NCBI GenBank assembly: GCA_002269645.1
Contig: NIVC01000705.1
Span: 1-64,000, forward strand
Direction of reading: 5' to 3'
Origin: Macrostomum lignano
Taxonomy: Eukaryota
Length of the DNA: 64,000 nucleotides
Shown: positions 1 through 12,877 of the stretch, piece by piece
Numbering within the stretch: the stretch's first letter is position 1
Layout of the letters: every line of letters starts with the position of its first letter
Translations under genes and position numbers: made by a program
Notes under the pieces: model-generated
Seen by the model: only the letters and a program-made list of their open reading frames with translations
What the model was told of the DNA's origin: nothing
The model's database searches: none

Positions 1-206
1 AATTGGAAAGAGAATCAACACAAAATTCCACTTTGATCAGTTAGTTGATCGGGTTGTCATACTAATGGAATCATCTATTTTACAAGAATCAGTTACAAGC
101 ACTATGAAGATCTTTTTTCAGTGAATTTCTAAATATAGATACAATTCAGGTTATTAGTCGTACAGATTTGACACAAATATTTTTGTGTCCTTCCTTTTTT
201 CTGCAG

Positions 207-3200
207 GAAATCACAGCGGGCGTCATATGCAAAAAGACAGCCAGCATAGCAGACAGGGAAACTCGCGAGGTGAGTGTCAATTTCGTGATGCGCGGCTATA
301 GAGTCTTCCGTACATGGCTTGTTTTAAGCACAATATCACTTGTACACGCGAAGCACGCTCTTATCTCTTTGGTAGATAGGTGTGTGTCTACATTAGTTTG
401 AGCAGCTCCAAACGGCCTAATTTAATGACCACGCTGCAGTGTGTAGACACGGATTCTAGGACCGACATTCGCGAATTGCTTGGCCCGCTTGTGACAATGA
501 TGTCCTTTTAAATTGTCAACTGTCGCTACTTAGTCTCTACCTGAATTGAAAAAAATATGAGTGCATATTGAATATTGACATTTCGAGGTCCTTGGAAGCT
601 ATATAGGTACAATATATGACTCTAGCTCAAGTAGATCATACTCGAAATAAATGAAATGAATTCCGATCAAATTCTGCTGTAGCTCCAGTTACTGTCGTTT
701 ATTATTGTTGTTCGAAGAAGCTTGCGATCCTCTATTATTTTCTGCTTTTTGTCTGTCCACTTGAGCATTAGATAAACTCAAGCTATACGTGTACCGCGCG
801 CTCGTACTTCAAATCAAACCATTTGTTTTACTTCCGAAGAAAATTTTGCAAAAATCTCGTTGATAAAAGTCCACGCACCATCTGCAGCTCATAATAGGCA
901 TAAGTGACGCAGCGGACTCTCAATTTTCTGAAGATTCTTTCGGCAGCAGATTTGGTAAGAATGCGGCAGAAAAAAGCAAGATAGTCATGCAGTGGAACAA
1001 CACGCCCGTACCAGAATGCCATACTTTTGCTGTGAAACAACCTAAACCGATAGCTTAAACCAAAAACTCCAATATTTTATACAAATACCATCGAACTTTT
1101 TCACATTTTTGGAATGCTACTCAATGCTTTATAAATTTGCTACTTGTTATAATGTTTAATTTTCTTTCAATTCCAAACTGGTATTGTCACTTTACCATCG
1201 AAGTCTTGCAAATCTTGAAATGTTACAACGGAATCAAAGAGTTTGAAAACTGTTAACTGAACAATAGATTTGATTGATATATATGCCATGAATAGTTTCA
1301 ATTATCTAGGTATGGTTTAGTTTGTTCATTAAGACCCATACTAGACATATTATTCCTCCAGAACCCCAGGAGGAAAATTTGCACAAAAACTGCTGGCGCA
1401 CGAACTTGCTGTTAAATTTTTTTCTTAGCAATTATTCTCTTTCTTGCATGGGCGAAGCGTACTATTACAGGTACGAATTTTCATACTGGTAATTGATTCT
1501 TCATTCGAAATTATTAACTCACTCTTAATCCCACTAACACACTGCATCTGAGTGATTTGCCGTGAGTTGTATCTCGGTTCGTTTTTTAATAAGCGTGAAA
1601 ATCCAACTGCCTTTCCTGGCCCGTGTGGAGATGAAATGACCGCATTGTGAGGCTGTCTGTTTTTCAAAATGCCCACGTTATTGAATAAAAATAAATCAAT
1701 GCCCATGCATGTACATGCATATACATATCGGTCTAGATTTTATGATTAGACACAATGCAAACACAACAATATTCTCTCAGGTTCCAACCAAAGGGGAAGT
1801 ATATTTTAAGAAAGCAATATCGGTAAGGCGACAGCTTAGTATACTTTTGTTTTGAATTCTCATCAGCGCAAAAAAAACTTTAAATTAGAAAACCACTAAA
1901 AGCGAAATAAAATTTGCCTAAAAACGCGCTAAATGTGTCTTTATAAGAAATGCGCCTATTTAAAACTAAATTCCTTAACAACTACTCAGTCATGAAAGTA
2001 GATCGCGTATCATTGAAAATTGTTTATCTAAAGCACAAAAGTGCCTGCTTGCTAACAAATATATTCAGAGAAAAAACTTTATTAACCTTTGTTAATAAAA
2101 TTGTACCTCCTACAACTACAGGTATTTTTACCTTCCCGATAGAAAATTCCTTATTTGAATACCGGAGGCCCATGAAGTCTATTTTCACTTAATACAAAAC
2201 AAAATCCAATTCAAGCGCCTGGAGTGCCATTTTTTGTTTTCTTATTTTTTTCAGCGATATTAATTGAAGGGAACTCTGCAAGAACATCCGCTTACTTAAC
2301 TCGAAAGTATAAAATCAATACATCTTAGACATGCTCTTAGCTTCATTGTTTTGATAATAAAAAGGTATAACAAAGTCAGACAGTCTAAACTCATTGAACT
2401 CTGAGATCAAACCAAACCGACACGAAAACCCATGTAGACCTTACAAATGCGTTTTAAACCTACTACTTCTATGACGAACCAAAGCTAATCAAATATCCGG
2501 GAATGAAAAACTCACTTCTATCATCGTATCTACTTGCTTCTCCGTCGGATCCACCACATGTTGAATGCATTTTAGAGGCGTTTGATTCGAGCGGTGGCTT
2601 GAACCCTGTGCCAAAGATTCAAGTTATAGAGGATCACAGTGTGCAGCAGCGACAGCAACTACAACAACAACAGCAACAGCAAACTCAGAGTGAGTCAATT
2701 TTGTGATGCTGTTGTACAGCCATAATACACTTAACTATGAGCTGATAATTACTCGGCTTAGCTTCTAATTAAAACTCGGATTATCTCGAACGATGCTCGC
2801 AAGAACGAGCTGAATAGAAGCATTTTCAGCAGTATTACAACCGTATGGGGTCGTACGTCATCATTAATTCCCAGAAGCGAAAGCTTTGATGGAGAAATGT
2901 TCTCAGAAAGGCATTATTTGTGTCTTAATGAGGACTGTAGTGCAGCAACAGAGTCTTCAACGCCATATTAGGAATGTCTCTCAGCGGATTAGCTTTGTTT
3001 TTCCTCCTGTATCTGTCATACAAGTCAGTTAGCTATCATTTCTTATCCCGCAGCGGGTAATTCAACAACGGGAAACTGGACAGCGGGACCGGACAAGCAG
3101 CAGTGGATGCTCACCAGATGCGACACAGTTGAAAGCAAGTCAAGCAATTCGTCCAGCGTCAATACTGATTTCCTCACCGAAGATCAACGCGAAGTGGTCA

Positions 3201-3904
3201 GGGGATGGCTGGGACCCGGTCAGCTGCTACTCATGAACGATGAATTGAAAACGGAAAGAGGAGGTAGGCATATGTTTTGTAAACCTTCATACCTACTGTA
3301 GAAATGTTTATTTAGCCAACGAACAATAGCAGCCAACAATAACTAGAATTTATTAATTCAAGATTGTCCCTATAGCTCACCCATTGACTTTTTAAAAACT
3401 GTAACATAAATATATTGTAATGCAAAACTGCAGTCGTAGCAAAAGTTGCTTCATTTTTCTGCTTTTAGGAGATCTCCCAGACGACAGTTTAGTTGCCGGC
3501 GAGATTTACCTGATTTTAAGAAAAATTGCCGGGGAAAGTAATCTGCAGGTGACGGTGAAACAGTGCCGCAACCTGCTACCGGTGCTCAGCCAATCAGCGA
3601 CATATTCTGCAAACTGTGCCTTCTGTACGGCGATCAATTTCTTTCCAAGGCGATGAAGCGACGAACCAAAGTGCAAAAGTACATAAACGATGGAGCCACA
3701 TTCGCCGAGACGTTTGTGTTTAATTCTAGACTAGACGGCATGCTGCTTCAGCTGGGACTCTGGGCATGCAAGATCGGCCTGAAGAATGACAGGAGAATCG
3801 GCGAGGCGGTCATCTTTCTGGAAGACGTCGAGAGCGTGCCGAATAACTCTAAGAAAGCTGTGCAAGGCTGGTACAAACTGCTCAGGAGCGAGGGTGACGG
3901 CTGA
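207..3904 (+). CDS. 3' exons of a RIM/unc-10-like C2B-domain protein; exons 207-269, 2576-2689, 3054-3263, 3469-3904; 1-nt frameshift near 3580; 5' end lies outside the window
   Basis: AG/GT(G/A) junctions are all phase 1 and join in frame. The product contains WLGPGQLL (RIM has LGPAQLV just before C2B), then GEIYLIL..LQVTVKQCRNLLP / AQPISDIFCKLCLL..KRRTKVQK..FAETFVF..LQLGLW..RIGEAVIFLEDV..GWYKLL, matching the RIM C2B pattern ending GWYKLF. The two halves of the C2 domain lie in different frames (ORFs 3420 and 3563). Confidence 0.7.
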
Positions 3905-6179
3905 AGTTAACTTAGCCCCGAAATTGCACTGGGCTGCGTACTCGGCCTCAATCTGACGGCCTTTGCCTCCAGGGAAGCGAAAGAGGATGCGTGTGAGAGA
4001 AAGTATGAAAGTGGAAAAGAGGCTTGCAGAATCTAGAGGCCATGGGTGGCCTCCCTCAAGCCAACGAAGCCATTTCTTCTCTCTCTCTCTCTCTCTCTAC
4101 TGTCTATCTCTATCTCTTTGGCTGATTAATTCGCTGCCAGAGCTCTAGGAGATTCAGACCTCTCTGAGACAGTTTCGGTCCAATAATTTGCAAATTGCGA
4201 ATATGCAAATGCACTCGCTGCCCGCGGAATAAGATAGAAGGAGGAGAGAAAAGGGAATTCCTCCTCCTCTTATAGATTGTCGGGCGCGGTCTATCGAGCT
4301 ATCGGCTTTTTATTCGCTCTGATTTGGTCTATTTTCAGGCTTGGCCTCTTTAGAACCCGTCTCACTGTTTATTTACTCAAATCGATACATCTACAGTTGT
4401 AGTTACGAAGGCGAATATTGAAGCCACGATCTGCACTTTACTGACAAATTGCATGGCTAACCAAACACGATTAGGACTGTCTTGTTGCCCTAAATCAGAC
4501 GGAAGGGTTGCACGCATTGGCGAGATATGCTGAGAATGATTGAGTACAAGCTGTCAAAAGTTATATTTATCTTATCCCATGGTGTGCTGCGGCTGAATTC
4601 GTTTAAACCTGCTCAAAAAGTCTGCTCTAAGCACATACACATGGAGTGCTCAGTGCTGCTGTTAATAGAATTTGTTCCGCCCCAAAATCAAAATTTTAAT
4701 ATGCTGCAAAGTTGAATTTTAGCTGTGCAAATTGTTTGATTTTTCTTTTCGCAAATTTTTTGGTATTAACGCCACTCAGTCACGATGCATAATCAATTAT
4801 TTTATCTACTGCGTCAACAAATAGTATGAATGCGCTTGTTTCCTACTGACAGAGATGAGTAGTATTTGCATTGCAGAGCGCACTATTTTGAGCATGATCT
4901 CCCTGTATTTAATCGCAGCCTCCGCTGGTTTCGAAAAGCTGTCTTTTCTGCATCTTGGGTGTAAAAATGCTCTTGAACCTACGCAATTAACCTCAGATTC
5001 TTAATGTCTCAATGCTTGCAGACACAGTGAAAAATAACCAATTAGCTCGATGTGATCATCAGATTATCAAATCAGATGGATTTGATATTACGCTCGTATC
5101 CAAACTTTATGACGATATTTGAATTCAATAAATTCCCTATTAAGCTTGCAAAAACGAATCTATAAATGTCACACCTTGTTGCCCTTTGTGATGTCAAAGC
5201 ATAAATCTGTTCCACGTTTATTCGCTGGCGCCAGCAAATAATCTAATCGCATGCAAAAGCACCTTAACTAATTATTTTATCTGCATTATACTTTTTTAAA
5301 CTGTAACCAACGTTGTCCTGCAAAAAGCCGACTGTACAGTTTGAAAGACGGAAATAGGTTGCAAATTTCAGACCTCATTCATGAAATTTAGCTTACAGTT
5401 ATTTTGTACCCGTTGCTCTAAAATAACTGGTATCGCAAACATTATACGCTAAACTTTATATAAATACTTATAATGGACTTTTAGGATAATTTACTCGGCT
5501 TTTGTATTGTTTTACAGTTTGCTAGTTTTACTAATTTGTTCTTTGTAATTTGCTTTAGTTTATTCTTGCTCGCTTTGCTATTTATTTGTTTATTTGTTTT
5601 CCTGCTAAATGAACGATCTGCAAACAACGCACTCAAACGGCCCATGCGCATATTGTTATGCATAAGAATTGCGCCGTCAAGTTTTATCGTTTCATTTTAG
5701 CTTAACAAATTTTCAACACATTTGCAAAGTGCTACACTGATTGTTTGTTAAGGTCTATTGTGACATTGTCATTACTATGAGTATAGTTTCATCTAAATAA
5801 AATATAGATACAATGCTCACAAATTTATGTACAATATTTATTATTTACTAATTGCCTGAAATATTGATTGCCACGGGGTGTTTTTGACTCATTAGAGTCA
5901 CGCTCGTAATTATCGAGTAACAGTCTTGGGGTCTGACAGAAACAAGGCCAGACCAGATCAAGGTCAGAGCGTTGGCCTGACCGGTCATTGCTCATCATGC
6001 CGTGAGAAATCTAGCAGCACAGAAACACTGTGATAGAACGCAACACGGAGGTAGGCTTAACGAGGGGCGCTGATAGAAGATGCGTCATGTAAAACATAAA
6101 AGCAGTTTCAAGTCAAAAAGAAAGAAGAGTCACGTAAAACATGAAAGAAGCGCGTCATGTCGAACATAGAAGATTCATT

Positions 6180-6480
6180 TGAGAATTGTCAAGGCTTGGA
6201 GTGAATCACTATAATGCTGTGACTCTTTGGGAGAATTGCTGAAATGTCAAGGATTTAGGGTTAGGGTTAGAGTTAGGGTTAGGGTTAGGGGGATTGTTGA
6301 GATGTCAAGGCCCACGGGGGACAATAGCTGAGCTGTCAAGGCTTACGGGGGAATTCGCCGAGATGTCAATTCTTACAAGGGGAATTGCTGAGGTTATTGC
6401 AAGGAGAAGCTACATGTACTTCATTCAAAAAATGTATTCCATTCTTTGTTGGCTCCCCAACGGGGGGCGCTGATTGCTAG
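6180..6480 (+). repeat. Dispersed repeat copy 1: degenerate 30-bp minisatellite (GCTGAGATGTCAAGGCTTACAAGGGGAATT) with an embedded (TTAGGG)6 run at 6255-6290 and a conserved 3' flank
   Basis: The unit and the downstream TACATGTA..TTCTTTGTTGGC..CGGGGGGC flank are shared with 23435-23740. Confidence 0.75.
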
Positions 6481-6765
6481 TATACATACATACAGTTATT
6501 GATTACACCTGCCCCAATGGGCGGATGTGCAACCGACAGCTCAGTCGCAGCTATTGCGCGGCGCATCTGAAGGCTGCGTACGGCTGTTCAGTCCAAGGAC
6601 TGGGGGAGGGGGGTCGCCACACACAGCCTCAATCACCCCAGCTAATGCTGGCACCCATTTTACAGCTGGGTGAACTGAAGCAATGCAGAGTTAAGTGTCT
6701 TGCTCAAGGACACAAATTGTTTTAGTGGGATCGGGAATCGAACCGACGCTCTAACCACTGCGTCG
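6481..6765 (-). mobile_element. tRNA-derived CORE-SINE (family A), copy 1, with a shortened head
   Basis: The minus strand reads GCAGTGGTTAGAGCGTCGGTTCGATTCCC (A/B-box-like), then GTGTCCTTGAGCAAGACACTTAACTCTGCATTGCTTCAGTTCACCCAGCTGTAAAATGGG, which closely resembles the MIR/CORE domain. It is homologous to 7835-8045 and 44885-45190. Confidence 0.75.
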
Positions 6766-7834
6766 GAGTTAGAACGACGGCTACAAAGAACGACGGCTTG
6801 CAAGGCTACAAATCCTTACTAGCTGCAATCCCATACTAAAAAACCACCGCTATTAACCCCACTTGCAAAGGGCTGAAGCCACAGAAACTTTGCTGTTCAT
6901 TTCGCCACAAAGCATCATAGGCATCCATGATAAATCCATGAAATCCATGAACCAATAAAGAACGAGATTGGAATCGGACTGCCTCTAAGTGACAAATTTG
7001 TCAGGCAGCCATGCAATTCACTTTTTAGCAGCAAATGTAACTAGTGACGCAAATCGTTTTTATGGTGGATGTGATGGTGAATTTCTCAACGCGACCAACG
7101 AAGATCCTGATTTTACATTGCCACTTTAAAGTCTAACAACTCAATGCTTTAACTGCTGGTAAAAAAATTTGCAAAAAACGCATGAGAAAAGCTTCGGAGG
7201 CCGTTTTCGAGCTGACAAAAATGTGAAAATGTCAGATTGCACGCTAATCCTCTCCGAGCACGCACTCCTGTCAATCTACTTTAGACATTTTTGGAACAAA
7301 GTCTTTTTGCGTGCTTCATGGAATGTTGTCAGCTGGTGCAGGTCACCACTCCGTCCACGGGTCAGTCAGTCAGGATGCCGGGTTACGTGCACTAATCCAT
7401 CATGCATAATGCATGTTCCATAAGCATAGCGAAAATCCTTTCTAGTCATCATGCCTCAAATCCTTTAGCGCATGCAATAAAAAGCTTTCGGGAGTTCAAA
7501 TCTCATGGGAGATTTGCAGCTGATATAAATACAAACATCAGAACCTTTCCTTCTATCTAGTTTAAGACGGCAAAATTTAACACTAAAAAATAGCATGTCG
7601 ACATGTTCAACTGTACAGTCTGGAACTTCAGTTATCTTTGCGCTGGTTCACGTGAGTAGTTGAAACTATTTTATTGCAAAATATCAATACATCGTTTCAG
7701 AAATCTTGATGAATCTGTAGCGTATTTAAATGTGTTTTATTTAACAGACCCTTTTTCTTCATAACAACAAATACATACAAAGACATTATGTACATGCATG
7801 TCTGCCTTATAAATATACCTATTTCTAATACAAT

Positions 7835-8045
7835 GGAGCTGGAGACTAATGGTTAGAGCGTCTGACTCACGACTTAAAGGTCGGGGTTTGATTCACTGGA
7901 ACAATTTTTGTCATTGAGCAAGACACTTTGACTCTGCATTGCTTCAGTTCACCCAGCTGTAAAGTGGGTAATTGAGGGTGTGTGTGGCGACCTTCCAGTC
8001 CATGGACTGAACAGTCGTAAGCAGCCGTGGGGCAGATGTAATAAA
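7835..8045 (+). mobile_element. CORE-SINE family A, copy 2
   Basis: tRNA-like head TGGAGACTAATGGTTAGAGCGTCTGACTCACGACTTAAAGGTCGGGGTTTGATTC, followed by the CORE-like TGAGCAAGACACTTTGACTCTGCATTGCTTCAGTTCACCCAGCTGTAAAGTGGG. Confidence 0.75.
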
Positions 8046-8365
8046 AAATCCCTAATGCATACAATTTTTTGTAGCAGAGGAGAATTGAAATTATGGCTAA
8101 TCAGTGAGCAACAGCAAGATTAGTACGAATGTATAAAAATTCACTGCCCGTTCCACGCTTCAAAAGTTCCTAGACAGCCGAGACACATGCGTGCAGATAA
8201 ACTCTGTCACTCGCTGCAATCAAGTGTAGTCTATGGGCCGTGCATTGGTCGCCCCTAATTGAATTGCCCTGCTCGAAACGAAAGCGATCGTTGCACTAGT
8301 AGATCATCGGCTTAGTTGCGCGCTATCAGAATCAGTCAAAGAAAAATTCTTTTCTAGTTAGGAAA

Positions 8366-9740
8366 ATGAACCAGCTACTAATCCGTGGCCATGCCCCTCA
8401 TGGGCGCCTTGATGACAGCTTTTCCGTTAGCGAGCTACGAAAGCCGCGTCCTCTCTACAACTTTCGACTGCTAGACGAACTCGAAGAGAAAGAGAAAAAA
8501 GAGCAGCAGCATAATTACCACCTGTACGGCAAAGATTCTCTGGTTGCCGGTAGCGAGTTCGAACCGGCTCCAAATAGCCTCAACAATTCGGCTGCCGGTG
8601 CTGCCGTGGCTCGGGTGCAGCGCGCTCAACGGCGGCAGCAGCTTCGACAAATGCAGCGACCGCCCAGCAACCGGCAGCTGATGGAGAGACACCTGAGGCA
8701 GATCTACGGTAACGAGCTGTTTGACGGTCAGCAATACGTCATCAAGGGTCGAGTTGGCATCACTGGGATGCCAATAAGTCCGAGCGTGCCTTCCAATTCA
8801 GAATTTCAGGTAAATTTGCCTTCTGCACTAATTTAGACACAGTTACCTTTTGTTAGTGGTTTTTTACTGTACTGAAGTAAATATAGTTAAATAAAAGCCT
8901 CGATTTTACTGAACATAGTAGCATCCTGAACTACCAGCCATGGAAACCTACAAACCAATGCCCAGTTAGTTAGTTTACTTGTCCGAAGATTAGAATGTAT
9001 GCTGAGTAAGTTTGCATGGTCAATATTTATCATCCATCAAGGCCATGCGCGGTCGAATCCTCGGTCCGCTGCCTCGCGGCACTTTCGCCGGAACTGGAAG
9101 CGACGACGAGGACAGCGAAGACGACGACGACTACGACAACTCCAGCAATGCCGTCTTCGCCTGGTGCGACCGGAACAACAGCGCCGAGGACGTGGCTAAG
9201 ACCTGCGCTCGTCGGGCCGGCGCCAAGATCACAATGCGTCGCGGTCTGCCAAAATGGATCTTTCTGTACTTCCGCGTCCGCCGAGTCTCCTGGGAATTCA
9301 TGGTCTACGAGGAGAAGATGAACTGCTCAACTGTCGACTTGTTTAGCGACAACGTGCTCGACCGTTGGACGGTAAAGCTTCGATTCAAGATGCTAGTCGA
9401 TGCGCCGATGAAGTATCCATTGATGGCGTTCCTGTCCCGAATGGGTCTGGACACGGACCCTGATATTGTGTTCTCCACCGACGGCTTCTTTGGCGACATG
9501 CTTGTAGGCGGGCTTCGCAGCAAGAACAGCATCCCGCACAGGCAGGTGAGTTTCAACACCACGCCCGAGGCTATGGGTCTGCAGAACGGCGACAACATCT
9601 TTGTCGTGAAGGCTAATAGTACTCTGCGAAACAATGTCGAAGCGCACATCGAGATGGCCAAACGACGGGCTAACAAAGCCGAGGGCGAGGACGATGACGA
9701 AGAGGAAGAAGACGTGGAAGACGATGAAGAGGAAAAATAA
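8366..9740 (+). CDS. SUMO-like-domain protein (Rad60/Esc2/NIP45-like architecture), ~380 aa; exons 8366-8809 and 9042-9740
   Basis: Phase-0 intron CAG|GTAAAT...AAG|GCC joins two ORFs in frame. The C-terminal VKLRFKMLVDAPMKYPLMAFLSRMGL..IVFSTDG..VSFNTTPEAMGLQNGDNIFVV follows the SUMO beta-grasp pattern (FKV..T.L.KL..Y..R.G..F.F.G..I....TP..LG....D.I.V). It ends in an acidic tail with no terminal diGly. The acceptor is a weaker AAG. Confidence 0.6.
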
Positions 9741-10774
9741 CAAAGTCTTGCGCCCTGCATTTGCGACGCACAAATTAATGAACCATTGGCTAAAGTTGTC
9801 ACATAGATTGCAGTGTACTCAAAAACGTCTCAATTTTGTTTGCTGTCGCTCTTCTTTTTAACATTTTTTAAAATATTATTTGTCCTCTATAGGGGATTTT
9901 TCCGAAATCTGATGGTGCAATTTGAGGAATTATTTTGAATTTAAAAAGAACACCAAAAATACTAACAATGGAAGTGTGTTTTGAACTTCTAGAGCTTTAG
10001 TGGTAAAAATTGTTTTTTTACAAAATAAATTCTCAAAATGCACCATTTTGTTTTGATTTCATTTTTAGTTTTTTTAGCATGAAAAGATTTCTTAAAGCTT
10101 TTCAATTGTGAAGGCGTTTGAAAGTGTTCATTTTTATTTTAACTCCACTCAGACGACCAAGTTAAGTTAGCCCCAGATTTTGCGTTGACTTTTAAGTTTC
10201 GATCTGCAAACTGGTGCAGTAAATAATACTGGGTAACTTCATGCTTAACCTACTACTTGCGAGTTTTACCAACTTGCACTTTTCCGTCGCTTTTTCTTAA
10301 ACTTATAATAAGATACTCTTCGACAGAGGAAAAGACTAAAACAGTTCCGGAGCACTGCTCTCTACTTACAGTAAGCATAAATTATTTTTTTTGTATTCGT
10401 TTATTTCCTTGTAAAATACTGTTCAACTACAGGGTTTTGATGGGGGATACAGGCCTTGAGAATTTGTTTTGTTGCAGTGATAGCGTCTGCGTCTTGTAAA
10501 AAGTGACTACTTTTGGCTAGCTGTCACTGCCACAACGCCCGTTACTAAGCTACATTGGTACCCATTCGGTCCGAACGAACGAGAAAAGCAGACCTACAAC
10601 TAGAAAGAAACGAAGGTTTCAACTTAAATTCATGGTAAGAAAACGGTGCAAGATTTTTTGGTCGCTTCAAGTTGTGCCGCACTTTAAGCAATATTGTCGC
10701 ACAACCGGCAAGAGGTATTACTGCCCATTCCGTCGATTTGCATAAGCAGGCACACAAGCGCGGATACGTACGCA

Positions 10775-10912
10775 GTCATACCGGAGTCGCACAGGAGTGT
10801 ATTGTGGCCCTCCTAACTTTATTTATCGTTAAGCATGTATATATAATTTTACTGTGCCTGGGGGTCGGCCTTCAAGGGGCGTAAACTTATGAGCGGACCC
10901 AAGCCATGCAGT
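10775..10912 (-). mobile_element. Fragment of a second dispersed SINE-like family (B)
   Basis: GCACAGGAGTGTA..CTTTAT.TATCGTTA.GCATGTA..GGGGGT.GGCC.TCAAGGG aligns with 45520-45625. Confidence 0.45.
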
Positions 10913-11979
10913 CAAAGTGTGCGCGACTAAGCTAATGCTGATGCACTTTCCATTAGAATCTTGGACACCTGGGTATTATACTTGTAATTACGATATCAAG
11001 TTCACATAGGAAAGCACTCTAAATTCAATTCAAATTCAGCTATGATTATAGCTCGTAAGACATGTGGAAACTTCTCTCTTACTGGCCACAGAATCTTGTA
11101 GCAGTATTCAGTGTTCTGTTTTCAAGACGTCCTTAACTTACTTTTGTTGGTAAAAATAAAAAAATGATGCTCAGTTTACAAATAATTACAAAAATTAATG
11201 AACCTATCGATCTTTCTTAAATCCAATTATAATCGAGGTACGCTAGGCTACACCCTAGTACGAGTAGGAAGAGCATTATTCTTAAAGCTTGTGATGAATC
11301 TTTTGATGATCTTTTGGGTGTGGCTTGAAGTTTTCGAGACCACACCCTGTTAAGGAATATATGTAGCTACCTTATCTCACTAGTAATATTTTATAAATTT
11401 TGTAGTACTTTGAATCAATTCACAGGGAAGACTTGCTGGACCAAAATGAGACTACATATTCTGCTTCTAAAGGCAAAAAGCTTCTAGCAAACCTTGATGG
11501 CAAATAAAATATTCTTTTCTTGTCTTTTCAGTGCACTGTTTAAAAAGTACTACTGTGACGTTTGGCTATTGACTCCGAGTTTGTAAATATTCTCAATCAA
11601 TGTATTGTGTATTGATATTATTGTACATGAATGGCATACGGATGCATAGGGTTGTATTCATAAGGCCAGTGGGCGTCATACGACGCTCGTATTTCTATTT
11701 TTCCCGATGAAAGCGGCGACTTATTAGACGAACTTAAGTAACTCTGATTAGAAGAGACCTAAGGGTCCGCGACGTTTAACATTTGACTGCCAGACCGTAC
11801 AACCATCCGACGTTACGAGTTGAGACGTGGGCAGATATTTCCGACGTACAGCGATATTTATGGTTTAATAAACATCGGTTTAATTTTTGCTGAAGGGACA
11901 GCAAAAAGACAAATATAATAGGAATGTTATACGGACCGCTGACAATTCGACTGCCGCTATAGTTAATTGAATGCCGACG

Positions 11980-12002
11980 CTAACCCTAACCCTAACCCTA
12001 AA
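11980..12002 (-). repeat. Short interstitial telomeric repeat, about (TTAGGG)3.5
   Basis: CTAACCCTAACCCTAACCCTAA on the + strand. Confidence 0.8.
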
Positions 12003-12252
12003 ACGAACGCCAAACCTATGTCGGCTTTCATTAGGATTAAATGATGTGTGCTAGCCATTTCACCCAGAGATTTAGCTGGGAACAGCGTTAGAAACCGCAT
12101 GAAACCGCGTAGTATCGGCTCTCGGGCCCTAAAATAGTGCCCGGAAATAGCGTGCTTTATCTCATATAGAGCATGTATATATGTCCCATAGACAAATGGT
12201 TGAAAAATAAAGCCTGCAACTTGACTAACTGCTTGGAATAACGGGTAGTACA

Positions 12253-12531
12253 CATGGATGAATAATATAACTGGATCGCCAGAAGCTCGATTTTTTGGTC
12301 TTAGCCATAGACAAGCACCAGCATCACAAGAAGCTCAGTATGCCGTACTTTCACACATAGACAAATAGCCGCTGCAGAAGCTGCAAACCTTTATTTATAA
12401 GTATACTTAGTAGGATAAGTGAAAATGTGTGAAAGTACGGCATTCTGAGCTTCTTGTGATGCTGGTGCTTGTCTATGGCTAGGACCAAAAAAATCGAGCT
12501 TCTGGCGATCCGGTTAAATTATTCATCCATG
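12253..12531. mobile_element. MITE 1 (279 bp) with ~106-bp TIRs beginning CATGGATGAA and a degenerate 8-bp TSD
   Basis: Arms 12253-12358 and 12425-12531 are reverse complements with 4 mismatches and 1 indel. Flanks GTAGTACA / GTAATATA match at 6 of 8 positions. Confidence 0.8.
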
Positions 12532-12589
12532 GTAATATAAGGCTCACACCATGCTCTATAGCATTATTTCAAGCCAATTGACCCTATAG

Positions 12590-12877
12590 CTTGGATGAAG
12601 GAATAGAAAGGATCGCTCATCTGAAAGCGAGTCTATGGTAACGAGTCTACGTGCATAGGTTCTCTATGTTCATTATACTACAGCCTAGCATGCACGTTAA
12701 TCGTGACTTTGGAATTTCCTCCGAGTATAAGCTTCAGCCTGTAAGAACTTAGGGGGGGGTACAATTATTAAATTCTAGCAGCCAATAAAATTCATGGGGT
12801 GAATATCCCAATTTTTAGGAAGCCTCGGCCATATACTCGCTTTCAGATGAGCGATCCTTTCTATTCCTTCATCCATG
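12590..12877. mobile_element. MITE 2 (288 bp) with 49-bp TIRs beginning C(A/T)TGGATGAA and a perfect 8-bp TSD CCCTATAG (hAT-like)
   Basis: Arms 12590-12638 and 12829-12877 differ at 2 positions. CCCTATAG lies at 12582-12589 and 12878-12885. Confidence 0.85.

Noticed and set aside
7835-7905. tRNA gene (also at 44885 and 45715)
   Set aside because: There is no complete cloverleaf or acceptor stem, and each is followed by SINE body sequence.
11980-12002. Chromosome end or fusion scar
   Set aside because: Only 3-6 units at each TTAGGG site, embedded in dispersed repeats, with no head-to-head arrangement.
12253-12877. MITEs as non-autonomous Crypton derivatives or Crypton termini
   Set aside because: They are flanked by 8-bp target duplications (one perfect), which indicates a DDE transposase; tyrosine-recombinase elements do not make such TSDs.
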